Source of the DNA: Podarcis muralis
Taxonomy: Eukaryota
Direction: 5' to 3'
NCBI RefSeq assembly: GCF_964188315.1
Contig: NC_135656.1
Span: 60,388,001 to 60,452,000, forward strand
Length of the DNA: 64,000 bases
Below are positions 24,584 through 38,496 of the stretch, piece after piece. Position 1 is the stretch's first letter. Each line of letters begins with the position of its first letter. The notes beneath the pieces were generated by a model, which was not told where the DNA came from, ran no database searches, and was given only the letters and a program-made list of their open reading frames with translations. The position numbers and the translations under genes are program-made.

Positions 24584-26983
24584 AATAAATTCAGAATGCT
24601 TTTAAAGTTTCATGTTTAACCCCAGTTCACCATGGAGAACTGACGGAGTGAATGATTTTAACACGAGAAGAAGCTGCCATTTTGAATGCAACCTTCTAAA
24701 CATAGGTTGAGAAGTGGCAAGCAGATTTTTCAGTTTTGCTCATGATCAAGTGTAATTCAGATGACTTATTCCTCAAGAAGAGGATAACATACCTCAAACA
24801 AACCTCAGGCATCAGTTACAGCTATGGACTGGACTATATGTAAAGCTGCAAATATGACTGGTCTGTTTTTAAAACCCTAATTCAGATATGCTCCTCCATA
24901 TATATACTTCTAGCCTCTGGTACTTTACTCCACACGAATCCTTCCCCTGCCGTCCACTTTAGAGAGCTTGGCTGTCTGAAAAGAGATGGCTATTCATGAG
25001 CAATGGGGAACAGAGTCCACAGGGGGTGCAACTTCAGGGGTCTGGCCAAGGAAATGTGGCCGCAGTCCATCCTCCACTCTTACACATGCATACAGGAAGG
25101 AAGTTGTGTGCACTCACTTATGATTGAATGCGCTGCTTTTCTTCTCTTAACTCATCTTCAGGTTACCCAGTTTCCCCCCACTGAAATAAGTTGCAGAGGG
25201 GAACTGGGAGAAATCACCCTCTTAGTTCTTACCTGAAGTATGAATACGTACAACCTTCCTGAGCAACTGTCACTTAATCAAATGCAGGCAAGCTGAGTAT
25301 TCCACCAGGTGGGAACCAGATCCTTGTATGTGGAGAAGTCTGGCAACGTTTACAAAATAGCATCTGAAAGCACTGAATTCACTGTCAAGAAATTCCTCTG
25401 GTTCTTGTTACTACAGTCTTTAAGTGTGCTACAAACACCCGAGTTTTAACATTTTAACTAGGATTTCCTCTCTCTTTTTATTTTCAAATGTTAATGAAAG
25501 ATAAAGTGAAAATTTTAAATACCTATAAACAACAGAAAATACACCTTTCATATAAGAATAAAGTAAATACTATAATGTATAGTTAACAAGGAGGAAGTAA
25601 TCTGAAACACACATAGTACCCATTATAGGAGGGGGAACAATGTAATTCTTTCTCCCAGATAAGTATTTATATGACTTAAGTCTAAATAATCCAAGTTCTA
25701 AACTTCCAAGATTATCAAGATATAGGGAGCATCTACATGTCTATTTTTAGTTTATTTCTGTTTTAATTAGTTGTTTTTACCAATAACTTTATTGTTTTAT
25801 TCTTTTTGTTAGCTACTTTGAGGATATATTTTTTTACAATCAAGTGGTATATAAATGTTATGAAATAAATGATAAATACATCTGGCTGAATCTACATATT
25901 AAGGAGAAATCAGTACTTCAGCAATTCCACAAGAGTTAAACATCATCCATGGGGGTGGTAAGACTATGATGCTACTACAGGTATAAATATGAAAGACTTT
26001 TATTGAAATTATTGCTTTTGTCCAACCATGTAAAATAAGTAATTCTTGAGAGTGGATATTCCCCACCAAACTGCCTGACAACTGACAACTAGTTTGTTGG
26101 CACAATTGGGTAGTAGCAGCTGCTTTCAGTTTTGTGTCACTTTACTCAGCTTTATCATGCCCAATCTATTTTCTAATGAGATATTTGCTTTAACTTGTAA
26201 TTGATTTCTTGATTGACCAGTAACAAAGAGAGAGAGAGAGAATAAATGAACTGTTGACAAAGATAAGATAGCTGATAGCACACCAGGATCTGTGCCTTCC
26301 ATTTGACTTGCCTGTCAGAGTAATGCAATGTCAACAAGAATGTAAGCGATCAGCCTAGAGATAAGAGCTGTATCTTCAATTATGATACAACTGATACTAC
26401 TGTGATAACCTTTCAAGACCATTTAACCACCCACTAGTAATTTTAATTAACCCTGTACGTATTTGTAGAAACAGACCTCCTTGAAATATAGGAGCTGACC
26501 GCAATGGGCACTTGGACTGCAAAGATCTGTCTCTCTCCCTGTTTTGCCAGCTTGGCTGATTTCTGCAGCATAACCTACAAAGCAAAGCTCGAGGTATATA
26601 AAACCATTATTTAAAATCTGCAGTCACTGATAAACTGAATCAAATATTACCATTTCTGAGATCAATAGATTAGATTAGATTAGATATAACCAAGGATTAC
26701 CATTTCTGTTATATATATTGCCTCCAACTCTATTTTCTCATTTTGTATACAGGCTCCTGGTTTGTACAGAAATTACATTGCTACTTGCTTAATAATTCTG
26801 CCTGTTTTGTTGCCAAAACTGCAATCCATCTTAAAAATAAATTCAATCTTTTTTGCTTGTGTTAACTGAATTGTGAGTTTCACAATAAAGTATGTTAATA
26901 CTTCGGGAAAGAGAGCAGTTGGACAGTATTTTGCAGGATTTTTTTTTGGGGGGGGGGAGTTTGGTAAGCTATTCCACTATTAC

Positions 26984-27574
26984 TTATCCTGGGCTCCACG
27001 ATCACTGCAGATGGTGACAGCAGTCACAAAATTAAAAGACGCCTGCTTCTTGGGAGAAAAGCAATGACAAACCTAGACAGCATCTTAAAAAGCAGAGACA
27101 TCACCTTGCCAACAAAGGTCCGTATAGTTAAAGCTATGGTTTTCCCAGTAGTGATGTATGGAAGTGAGAGATGGACCATAAAGAAGGCTGATCGCCGAAG
27201 AATTGATGCTTTTGAATTATGGTGCTGGAGGAGACTCTTGAGAGTCCCATGGACTGCAAGAAGATCAAACCTATCCATTCTTAAGGAAAACAGCCCTGAG
27301 TGCTCACTGGAAGGACAGACCCTGAAGCTGAGGCTCCAATACTTTGGCCACCTCATGAGAAGAGAAGACTCCCTGGAAAAGACCCTGATGCTGGGAAAGA
27401 TTGAGGGCACAAGGAGAAGGGGACGACAGAGGACAAGATGGTTGGACAGTGTTCTCAAAGCTACCAGCATGAGTTTGACCAAACTGCGGGAGGCAGTGGA
27501 AGACAGGAGTGCCTGGCGTGCTCTGGTCCATGGGGTCACGAAGAGTCGGACATGACTAAACAACAACAACAACA
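26984..27574 (+). mobile_element. Bov-B LINE 3' fragment
   Basis: ORF 27064-27555 encodes an uninterrupted RT C-terminus (DAFELWCWRRLLRVPW...); (CAA)n tail. Confidence 0.96.
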
Positions 27575-27678
27575 TAACAAACATTAAATGCGTGCCTATT
27601 TTTCTCTCTCCACCAAGCTTTGCAAGATACTCATAATATTTCTGTTGATTATTTTAGTTGCTGTTTGATGCTGTAAAG

Positions 27679-27816
27679 TAGAAATGGGGAATCTATGCCC
27701 CTCTATATGTTTTCGGATCTCCAATTCCCATCAGCCCCAGACAGCCTTGCCAATCGTCAGAGAGGATGAGAGCTGTAGTCCAGCAGCATCTGCAGAGTCA
27801 CAGGTTCCCATTCCTG
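27679..27816. mobile_element. Degenerate palindromic hAT-like MITE
   Basis: Family of 12761-12896; 8-bp flanks CTGTAAAG/CTTTATAG (6/8). Confidence 0.7.
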
Positions 27817-28086
27817 CTTTATAGAATTATAAAGCAAATATTAACATAGCATCCAACCCCATAGCTCCTGCCAAGTTTGGGTAGGGGGGAGGGCATTCCC
27901 ACGACGGTGGATGTGGGTAGGACACGGGTAGGACAGGGAGAAGAACATTCCCATTTCATCTCAGGAAGGGCTGCCCTGATGGCCAGGGGTGATGGGATCT
28001 AAAGTCCGATGATGTTGGGAAGACACTATGTTGGTGGCAACATGGTTTAACATTATATGCAAACACAGCCTTTATTCATCCATATA

Positions 28087-28312
28087 CAGTGGTACCTCGG
28101 GTTACATACGCTTCAGGTTACAGACTCCGCTAACCCGGAAATAGTGCTTCAGGTTAAGAACTTTGCTTCAGGATGAGAACAGAAATCGGGCTCCAGCAGC
28201 GCGGCAGCAGCAGGAGGCCCCATTAGCTAAAGTGGTGCTTCAGGTTAAGAACAGTTTCAGGTTAAGAACGGACCTCCGGAACGAATTAAGTACTTAACCC
28301 GAGGTACCACTG
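28087..28312. mobile_element. Tc1/pogo (Tigger-like) MITE, copy 3
   Basis: Same TIRs and TA flanks; 226 bp. Confidence 0.92.
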
Positions 28313-31300
28313 TACTGCTGATATTTCTTAAAACACAGGCACAATCTTAAAATGTAGTCTGATTCCACAGACTGTGGGAGAGAGCAAAATGTAACATATC
28401 TAAAATGGGACTAGTGGAAATATCCATGACAAAACAAATGCTAACATCAAACTTAGCTTAAGAATTCATGCAGCAAAAGGAGTCTTTTGTGATAACCACA
28501 TAAAATAAAAGATTTCTGCTTCACTAAGTCCTTTTCACAATTCAGGAAGAACCTCATTAACAATTAACATCAACATAATAGGTCACATTTACCACCACAA
28601 GTTCTCCCAGCACAGCCTTTGTAAAATTGTAATTTATATGTCAATACTCATTATATAATCTGTCCATCATTTCTCTTTGCTTGGCTTTCATCTTTCAGTC
28701 TCAATCTCATGCACTGTGCTTGAGACCTTCTTGAAGATGCATAGAGGGCATTTGATCTGATGTAACAAAGGTGGCTACAAGGAAGTCTATCATGATGATA
28801 GTTGTGTTGAGTGTGCAATACTTCAAAAATAAAGTACTGTATTTGTGCTGCTTCTTAAATTTCTCTGGGGTGTAACCATTAATATTTTGCAAAAAAAAAA
28901 AAAGGGACAGTATAATGCATCTATTGAATACATTGTTGTTTCTTAAGTTTCAAATTTTCCTTCTCTGCTCTAATATTAATTTGATTACAGTTTAAAATGG
29001 CTACAAATTCTGTTGGTATTGTTCTTTACTCTCTCTGTGTGATACTGAAAACTTGAATTGCAAAAAAAACAACAACAAAAAAACAAAAAAATTAAAATAA
29101 AAATAAAAATGGGATGTTGGGCCAAAAATCAATTTTCATAAATGAGATGAGGGGAATCCCAACAGTTATTAAAATTCATTTGGTGTATAAAAATCCTTCT
29201 CCAGGGCAATTTTAACAAACTTCGCCTCAGTATCAACTTTGTATTGTGCTCTGACAAGGAGAGCATTATTTTGGGCCCTTATAGTTCAGACAGTAGCCCA
29301 GATTGTCCCTACCTAGCCCTGTTAGGGCCAACTCTTTTTAAAAGTCTTGCTGCAGCTTCAGATACCATGCTTCTTCTTCACTTTACCGAAGCTCATAGCT
29401 CATAGCTTGCACAGAATACAAATAATAAACACAGATAGATCACAACTTTTTCTTAACTGGAAGCACATTCATACCAAAAGGCTTATAACATGGAAACTAC
29501 AAGCATTTGAGAATCTTGTGGGATCTCCAATATGATGTTAATTTCAATATCGGGCACTTAACTGTATGAGATTATGTTCTAGGGTAAGCATGAGTAATTT
29601 GAACATGCTCGTACAAAGAAAGAAGCACAAGGAGAATAGGCATGAATAACACAGAGTTGCTTAAAAAGATTTACACTTTACTGCAATAAATTCAATTTAC
29701 AACAGCATGAATTATTGTCCCTATTCACTTATGTGGTACTAGTATGAATGTAAATATGACCAAATCCATCATTCATTCTCTCCCAGCTAGTCACCTTCCC
29801 ACCCATCCATAATGCATGAACCACATACTTCATTCATCATGTTCAAGGTTTGTCATGCATGCTCTGCAAACTAATCAAAGAGGACTCTATTCAGGGATCT
29901 GGCTCACTGGGGTCTAGAGAGGACCCTGAAAGGACCACCAAACTTAGATCGCTTGGCAAAACAATCCAGCTGCTACGCCCAGCAGGATAACAGAATGGGA
30001 TGAACAACTTCACTTGCTTCACACTCCACTCTTATTTGCTCAGGTGTCAAAATGATTACAAAACCAGTGACTAACCAGAACTCAATAGCATTAGCAGATG
30101 CTCTGATATGAAATGCTGCCCGTTATTGGCAGTCCCATCCATTGAGTTCAGCAGGAAGCTGCAGCTACTCAGCACCTTTCGAAGATGTTTCAGAGCTGGG
30201 AAATTATATTTCCTTAAACAAACATAGCACTCGACACGCTCAACAGCCTATCCCATCCAGAATCATATCCAGGGTTTTTTCTTCCTCAGATTTGTATGGC
30301 AACTTCTGTATTATAAAAGGAGATGTACTTCGAGAAAGCATAGATATTAGTGTTGGGTCTTTGATCTGCATCCCAGTTATTTATTGAGATTATCTGTAGA
30401 ACCCTCAGAGAGTAGTAAAAGTGTATGAATCAGTGGGAGCAGGCAGATTTTACATTTTACTGAGTTTAAAAAAGCAAGGAAACCATCTGTATTTTGACCA
30501 TAACAACATGTGTCAAATTGTGCTGAAAATCACAACACTGATTACATTTGAAGACAATCTCTTTCCGTAAAGAGAAGTCAGCATGGTCCCCTTTTATCCT
30601 AAAATATCCCTGCATATCTCAGTGCAATCTCTTGGACTAGACCTGAAGGCAAAACTGGAATTCACTGCTTACAGCTCACTTTAATTACTTTTACTGATCA
30701 TCACCCCACAGACCTTGTACTCACAGCCTAAGAGGATCATAACAGGGTATTACCTCTTCTGTTAGGTCCAACTCTAATTTAACATGTCATACAAATAGTA
30801 CAGAAGGGAAAATGAGACCAGAAAACCCCTCCTCCCATATCCAAGAATTAACAGAACAGACCATCTGCAGTTTCAAAAGAGGTTCTAGAGAATAAAGTTC
30901 ACATATGCATCCAATTAACATCTAAATCAGAAACAATTGCTATCTCTCGTTTTTCTGAGAAGAGAAGCTTTGAAGTACCCAAAGTGACAAACTATCAAGG
31001 TAACATGTATGAAAATATTGATCATACAAAAGGGTTCAAGTTTATCCTACAGATCCTAAGTAAGCAACAGAGAGAGCTAAAAAGAGGGTTTAAAAAAAAT
31101 ATATATATCAAGTCCCTTTACAGATGATGAAAGCATGGTGATGGCCTGGACAGAGGGCAAACCTGCTCTTTGTGTTAGATTAATGTTGGCAGATGAGAAA
31201 AGTAAAATCATGAGTTGATTTTTGAAAAGAAGCTTCTTGATTAGGAACATAGGAATGGCCTTATAACAGCCGAAGACTCTGTGTGTATGTGGTGTGTGTG

Positions 31301-31449
31301 AGAGAGAGAGGGGGGGGGAGGAGGAGGAGAAGTTCATATTAGCAGTTTTTATGCAAATAGACTGCTAGATTTGTGCTAGTGAGTCTCATTCGTATAATAT
31401 TCTTAGTAATAAGTTTTGCATTTACTGTACTTGCTCTTCCTACCACATG

Positions 31450-31590
31450 TACTGTCTATGCTGACTTTCAGTGGCCCTCCAGAGTTCCATATAGGCGTCA
31501 TTCCCAGATCTACTTAGAGATGCCAGGCATTGACGCTGGGATCCTTTGCAAGCAAAGCATGCTCTGTACCACTGAGCTACAGCCCTTCCC
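31450..31590 (-). mobile_element. tRNA(Ala)-like-headed SINE (Squam2-like, name tentative)
   Basis: Minus strand GGGCTGTAGCTCAGTGGTACAGAGCATGCTTTGC...CAGCGTCAATGCCTGGCATCTC; body homologous to 42619-42760. Confidence 0.75.
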
Positions 31591-31682
31591 TGCCTATCAC
31601 AGTCTGTTCTCTTTCCTACACTATTTTTCATTCAGATTGATGAATTCCATTTTCCTTCCTTCCCCCTTCTATATACGCACAA

Positions 31683-32281
31683 TGTCATGGACTGGCTGGA
31701 TAGAGAGAAGTGATGGAAGGCACCAGCTACAGAATCCCCAAGGGAAGAAGGCTCAGAACCATGGGTTTGGTGGAGGGACAATGATGAGTAGTCTGAGAGA
31801 GAAGTCTGGGAGAAAGAGGTGTTGGAAGCTGAAGAGGTAACAGGGTTTAGTGAGCAGGAAGAGGCTGTGGCAGAGCGCAGTCCAGAATCAGAGGCAGAAG
31901 CGGAGGCTGGAGTAGAGGGGGGCCAAGAGGCAGGCTGGTGAGGAAGCTAGGCTGTCTCCACCTCCCACAACAGGCAGCTCCCCTCCCCGCTGTTCTCCCA
32001 GAACCCAAAGAGGCATGAAGAGGGTGGAGCAAAGACAGGCAAGATGAAGAAGCCTCATATTGCTTGGAAAGGAACTGGGGGAGGAGATGACTTAGGAGCT
32101 GGGGGAAGGTGGGGTCCTTCAGTCCTTGCAACTGCCTCAGTGGGGCAAGATCTACTGGGAAGAGTTGCTGTGCTCACTAGGCCTGGCCTCCTGAGCTGTT
32201 TTATTTATTTTAATACTGAGAGTTAATTTCACTGGCACCGTGTGAGTTATTGCTGACCTGCTCCTGGCATCTGCCCTGACA
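31683..32281 (+). mobile_element. Solo LTR-like element, 599 bp
   Basis: TGTCA...TGACA termini, 5-bp flanks CACAA/CACAG, purine-rich U3-like body, 5' similarity to the reverse of 50832-51431. Confidence 0.7.
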
Positions 32282-34783
32282 CACAGCTATAATCATGTGG
32301 TGACTAACTGAAGCATTAAATTTTTGTAACAAGATAGATAGTGTTACAATCCATAGTTATAAAAACAAACCCAGTTTATACCATATATTGAAACAATACA
32401 TTTGATACTCCACTGTGACTAGGTCCTATGCTAGTCTGATAACATCTGGATGACTCGATCACATCAGGACAAGAGTACCACCACACCTAAGTCCACTGCA
32501 CACATTCCAATATTGGTTACTAAAACTGGCATGGGTAGCATTCAATAGACCTTGACAATCCTATGGGATGCAGTTATGTAAATATTTCCAGATTGGAACA
32601 GGAACCAGACATCAGGAAGCAATTTCTACAATATTCTGGTACTGTATTAAAAGTGAGCCTCAGAATGCTGCTGGGTAAAAAATATGGGCTCAGTGTGGTA
32701 TCTACAAGGCCTTACCAAAGTTACTTTACTGCTTCTCACTGCAGTATATAGTTTGACTGGGGAAAACTCAAGTCCTTGCCAGGTTTACTTCTACATTGTT
32801 TAATCTGCAGTTCCACAAATGTCTGAACAAGTTTTACCACAAATCCTACAAGTAATATAGAAGTGATTGGTCTGCAACTTACTGTGGTGTCCTCTATAAC
32901 TGTTAGGAAATGTGAGCAAACTTTGGCATGGCCTCTGGGAATCCATGAGTGCAATGAAATTCCTCAGTGACAAATAGTCTTGATTTTAAGCAGATTAAAC
33001 TAACATCCAGACAATTAGCATAAATAAGTGAAGTACATCGTTTAGAAGACAACCATGTGCTTTGATACAGAGTAAACATGATATCTGAAATGGCTGGGTA
33101 GGAAAATGGTTTAGGTTTCATTTTCTCAGTTTATAGATCAGTTCAGATTTTAAAGGAAATATTTTAAAGAAAATATTTAAAGTGATAATGGGGGAAAAAC
33201 TTTGCCAACTCTCCCACTTTCCTAACACTACTTTAAGTCCCCAATGCAATGCAATACTATGTTGTGAAACACTGTGTGGTGATATATAATTGGTTTAGGA
33301 TTACAATTCTTTGTTCTCTGTATGGCTGCTATAACAACAAGATGAAATGCTTCATAATGAAATAGAACCTACAACTTTTATACAGTGGCTTTCAATCAAG
33401 GAATGGCAAACAACAAGAGTTCCCACTTCCACAATGATATTTAAAGTTATTTTTATAGCTCTCTTAATGTGTGGATAAATTTGCAGCAATTTCCCAGCCA
33501 TAAATAATATATTATTATACATAATAATAGAATACAACCATCATTGATACAATATTATTTAATATAGTATATATTCAGCTTCCTCACAGTCCAGTTCTCA
33601 AGATAAACATAGTTGTCCAAATGTAGACAGTGATGTGGAGCATAAATTTTCCAGTACATTATTTTCCTGTAGAAAATTTTCCATTTTTAAAGCTCATTGT
33701 GAGCAATGAATGAATACCAATTGCAAATAAATTATTCAGTAAACTTGGGGGCATCAAAGTTTTCCACCTACTTACAAAATCAAGTAAAATATACATGCCA
33801 AATTACAGTAGATAATGCTTTAGTCTGGAACATCAGAATTTTCCCCAATGCAAATCACAGTAACTTGCACAGGGTAAAGTGTGCTCCTCCACTAGGGGTC
33901 AGTGTTCTGTTTAGCGTCTGCTAAGACTTTTCGACCATAATGCTACGTTACTATGCTCTTACATTTTGTAATACTGAGCATCACTACAGTATTCCGGTTT
34001 GCTTTTTTTTTTTTTTTTTTTAACACTGTTTCTTAACCTGTGTGCCCATAGCATTGGAATATATCTGGCAAAGCAATGTAGCTGCACCAGAATCTGAAAA
34101 CAAAAAGTTTGCTGTAGAATCAATTAACTGCAGTTCTAATTTCTTAAAAATTACAACCTGACATGTGTTTAAGCTCTTAAAAATTACACATTTGCTAGTG
34201 TTTGTAATACAGTAACATAGTCATACATAAATCATATTATCAGAGTTGACAGTGTTGAGTAAGTGCAGCTAGCTTTTTCAGAGTGTGGTCGAAACCTCAA
34301 GACAACCTCTTTATGATCTCAGGGGACGACCTAGAAGTGCACCAGAGTTCACAGCTGAAGAACCACTGCTATTTTGTATGGCTCAGTTGTGCAGCACTTG
34401 TACGTTTGTTGTACTTACATAATATTATGTCAGTGTTCAATGTATTATGAAGAGTCACTTCAAAATAAGCTGCTAATAGCTGTTGTGCAATGTTATGGCA
34501 GACTCCAGGGATTGTCTCCAATGCTGTGTGAGCAGAAGGATGCACAAGGAAGGGATTTTTCCTCCCCCTCTTCCCTCATGCAGCCCACTGTATATCACCA
34601 AAAGGATGGTGGGGTCTGCAGAATATTGTGGACTGTGTCTTGAACAGGCTACAATTGACAGTGTTGGATTGGTCTTTTGGAGAAGAAGGGACAGATGCAC
34701 TGCATGAGCTTGACTTTTGCTCACACAACGTTGGATGGAACTCGTAGCTCCTATCAAACATTTCGGTATCACATACTGAATCA

Positions 34784-35019
34784 TGAGTGAGAAACCTCTG
34801 GCCCTGCCAGGCCTCCCCATTTGGCCTATGGGGCCATTTTGGCCAAGCCACACCAACCTCCCCAACGGGACAAGTTTGGTAGTTGCAATGACATCAGGTG
34901 ACCTTTTTTGTGTAAAACAGCCTTCAGGCATCCCTAAAAGGGTATGGTCTGGGGAAGGGACGCAGCTAATGAGATTCCCAAGGGCCAGATACAGCCCAAG
35001 CCTGCAGTTCCCCACCCTT
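34784..35019. mobile_element. Degenerate hAT-like non-autonomous element
   Basis: GAGAAACCTCTGGCCC at left and GGGCCAGATACAGCCC...CAGTTCCCCACCC at right form imperfect subterminal inverted repeats. Confidence 0.4.
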
Positions 35020-36932
35020 TTTCTAGGTTTATTCATTCTATGTTTGTAAGAGAAACCCATCAGATGAAGATAGGTAAAACTTTTTTTTTTATCGTGTCAA
35101 ATCCTTGCTTTACTTTGAACATTAGACAAATTTCCCAGTATTTCTGAGCATGGCACCAACTTGTTTTTTGCATTTCATGGGAGGATGAAAAACATGTCTA
35201 AGATTCTTTCTATAATACACGCAATTCAAAAATTGGTGTGTTTCCCATTTGTTTTGCATATATTTCTTGACTTGAAAGCATAGTTATACAAACAGACCCA
35301 CATATAGGTGAGCCACACCCAGTTAAAAATGTGGGAATTGTAGATGGCATGGACATTCTGGCCGATTTCAAAGCAGTCAGCTGGTGACCAAATGGCATGA
35401 GCAGCGCAGACTCTTTAAAGGAAAATATTATTATTAATTTAAAATAGGGTAGGGTTTTTTTTTTTGTAAATAGCTTCTAATATCTATCTTACTGCCAAAT
35501 ATAAACATGGAGAAGTTATTAACAATTGGGCCATTGACTAAACACAACATGTTTTCTGTATGATGTGGAGCAAAGGCTACTTCAAAGGGTGAACTGTGAA
35601 AGAAAAGGGAGGGGAGGCAAAGCTAAACCCCAATCGGTTTGAGCTTGCTTATGAAAATGTAGCTACTCAATACTGGCCTGCAGAGTTGGAACCACTGTAT
35701 CTGGCTCTTATCACGGCCAAGTGGTCTTTAAGATGTGATTTACAACTCTACTCCCCACCTCCCCCACAACAGACACACACCAAATTTAATGCCATTAAAT
35801 AGCTTTGTAATAACAGGGATTCTGGGAATAGTGTAGATCTGTGTAGAGGGACTGGTCCATTCTGCTGCAGTGGGGCAAGAATGAAAGGCAATATTGCAGG
35901 ATTTTATGAGATAACAGGCATAAGGTGCGGTGCTGAATTCTCACATAAAATCTGTTTTCTGTATAATATTTGATTAATTTTGATTATGGCTCTAATGTGT
36001 TATAGAATGGATCAGAAGGCAGGAGGGAAGTCTGTTCATATTTTAATTTGAGGGGGGAAAGATTCCTATGCAGATTTTGAGTTTTGTAGGTATGTTCATG
36101 ATCTTGAAAGCAAGCAAATACAGTAATAATAATAAAAAACCCCAACCACACAAGGACTCCAGGTGAAAAAACACACCATCTAAACATAGCTATAGTTATG
36201 TCTCAGTATTTCAGCTTCCAAGGGAATCTCAAATATATAATGGAAAGATGATACCTCCATATTTACAAAAATGAAATAGCTCAGAGGTGGTCTCAACATC
36301 CAAATTGCTCTTCTGAGTCCGGAATTAGAAGTGGGGGGAGAAAGAATACATATGGAACTTGGAAATGTGAGGATACAGCAGAATTTTTAAACCCCACACC
36401 CTCTGCTCTGAACCCATTGTAAGAACACACTTGATAGATAATGAATTGACCTCACATATTTTGGTGTTATTATTAGCTCATCTACAAGGCTTTCCAAACT
36501 AAGATTTACAAAGCTCTTTCTGCTATTACCCCTCTTTCCTTCACTGGGTTATCTTCACTAGTCTGACACTTAAAGTGCTCTTAAATGTTTATAAATGAAA
36601 TGTTTTGTATCTGTATTATGTACAATGGGAGAAGTATCTATTCAATCTAGGGTTTAGTTTTTAAGGCCTTAACCTTGGCTTGCAGCAAATTCGTAAACTA
36701 AGATTAGGATTCTTTACTTAGCCCTACTTAGGGCACAATCAGAGAAAAATGCTTTCAAGTTTTAAGTGGGAGAAATTTAAACATGTGCTTAACACTTCCA
36801 TTAAATTCCATGGCACATAAAAGTGTTTCACTTAAACTGGAATCCTGTGTACAGTAACTTTACCGTAATACCCACTGCATTTAGTGAGACTTCATGTACA
36901 GGACTGAGTTATTTGAATGACTAATACCCTCT

Positions 36933-37644
36933 TTCTTGGGGTGTACGGGGTGTTAGGGGAGGGGTAGTACCTCTGGTGGGGGACATGTTGATCCATCTTT
37001 GGGGTAGCTAATCCACCATTGAACTCAGCTTTCACATGTGGCTCCCAGAAGCTATAAACATGCAACAGCAGCCACACCCCAGGAAACAGCTTTGACTGGT
37101 CGGCTAAACCGAGTGAGGATAGCTGATGAGTCTCAAACCCTTGGTGAGTTAGGGACTTCCCCTGCATGTGAAGACAGGCTCTGGCAGATTGAGTGGGTGA
37201 GACCAATAGTGGGTCCAATGGTCAAGAAGGCAGTTTCTACACGTGGTGTAGGGAGAAGTGAAGGGCATATGGGATCGTCAATCTGAGAAGGTAACCCATT
37301 TTGAAGAACGAAAACTCTGGTCCTAAATCTCCACTGCCTTGTGGGATGCTTTTGGAAGAAGGAAAGGCTCAGAAGTCTACACAAATCTGGAGTAGAGTCC
37401 CTAAGACAATTGGATGGCACCTTGTACACTTTCTTCCGACAACTCCTGTAGCCAAACTGGTGCCAAACATATTGCTCTGCTTCCTTTTGGACCATATCAG
37501 CAGGATTTGACATCTGGGCAACCCTGGAACTCCATACACATTGCCCAGGCTTGTGCCCCAGGAAGGTTGCTGCTGTACTGCTAACACAGCAGCTTGACTT
37601 CACCCCCAGAGGTGTGCTTCATTGATTCTCGAAACGGGCCAACA
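36933..37644 (+). mobile_element. Non-autonomous RTE-clade element (5'UTR-like body with short CAA tail)
   Basis: GC-rich 712-bp block with no RT ORF, ending GCCAACAA; 10-bp flanks AATACCCTCT/AATGCCCTCT (36923-36932, 37645-37654); RTE assignment from recalled similarity. Confidence 0.6.
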
Positions 37645-38478
37645 AATGCCCTCTCCTCTCCAAACAACGAAAGAACACCATCCATGATAAGGAAGAATTG
37701 CCACACAATGTAACCACCTAGTTTCCAGCAACACTTCTGACCTAAACTAAGCATCTCAGTTCCTCAGTGGCTGGCTTCCCTACTATTACTCAAAAATCTT
37801 AATCTTGTCATGTTAAATCCAGTGAGATGGTTAAGATAAATGGGGATTTTAAAGTAACTTAAAAAAACAGAGACAAATGTTTACAAGAAGGAGAGAGAAC
37901 TCTGCCTTAAGGGAAAGATGATGAGTAAATGAATGAGTAATGAATGACACATTTACAACTGACATGTACATAAAATTGGAGAGAAGAAATATACATGGTG
38001 GCTTAGAGGCTATTTTGCTTTCCACTTCCTAGCTCCTGGGAATTTCCAGGTAGCTTCAGGCTCTCATCAGCTCTTTCATCACGGAAATACAAAATCTTTA
38101 GAGAAATAAAAAACTGACCCACCACTTCTGAAATTCCCCATAATTTAAAATGACAGCATTCTTCTTGGAAACATCTCTTAATTAACAACAGGAATTGTTA
38201 AGCAACTTAACACTTGTATATATTAATATAACACACGGAAATGACAACAGCTGCCCAGAGGAAACACTGGGACAATGCTCTCTAATCATTACACATCTGC
38301 GCGGCAATTTTTTCTTTTCTCAAAACAAGAGACAGAAGGGGAAGAAAGCCAACTGAATGTAAAAATGAAGGGCACTTTATGGTCATTTTTGTCTCTGAGA
38401 ATCCATCCAGTTCATTTACTAAAAAAATTAATGGCAGAACAAAAGAGAACATTTTTGTGGTGGCCTTAAGCGACTTAC

Positions 38479-38496
38479 GTGCATCCTCAAGTGTAG
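38479..38496 (-). other. Candidate 18-nt microexon of an unidentified host gene
   Basis: Minus strand: CTGAC branch point about 30 nt upstream, AG-free TTTGTGATGTGTTTTTATGGCTTGCCAG, exon CTACACTTGAGGATGCAC, donor CAC|GTAAGT. Confidence 0.4.

Noticed and set aside
37123-37130. CTGATGAG resembling a hammerhead ribozyme core
   Set aside because: No helix II followed by GAAA and no closing stems.
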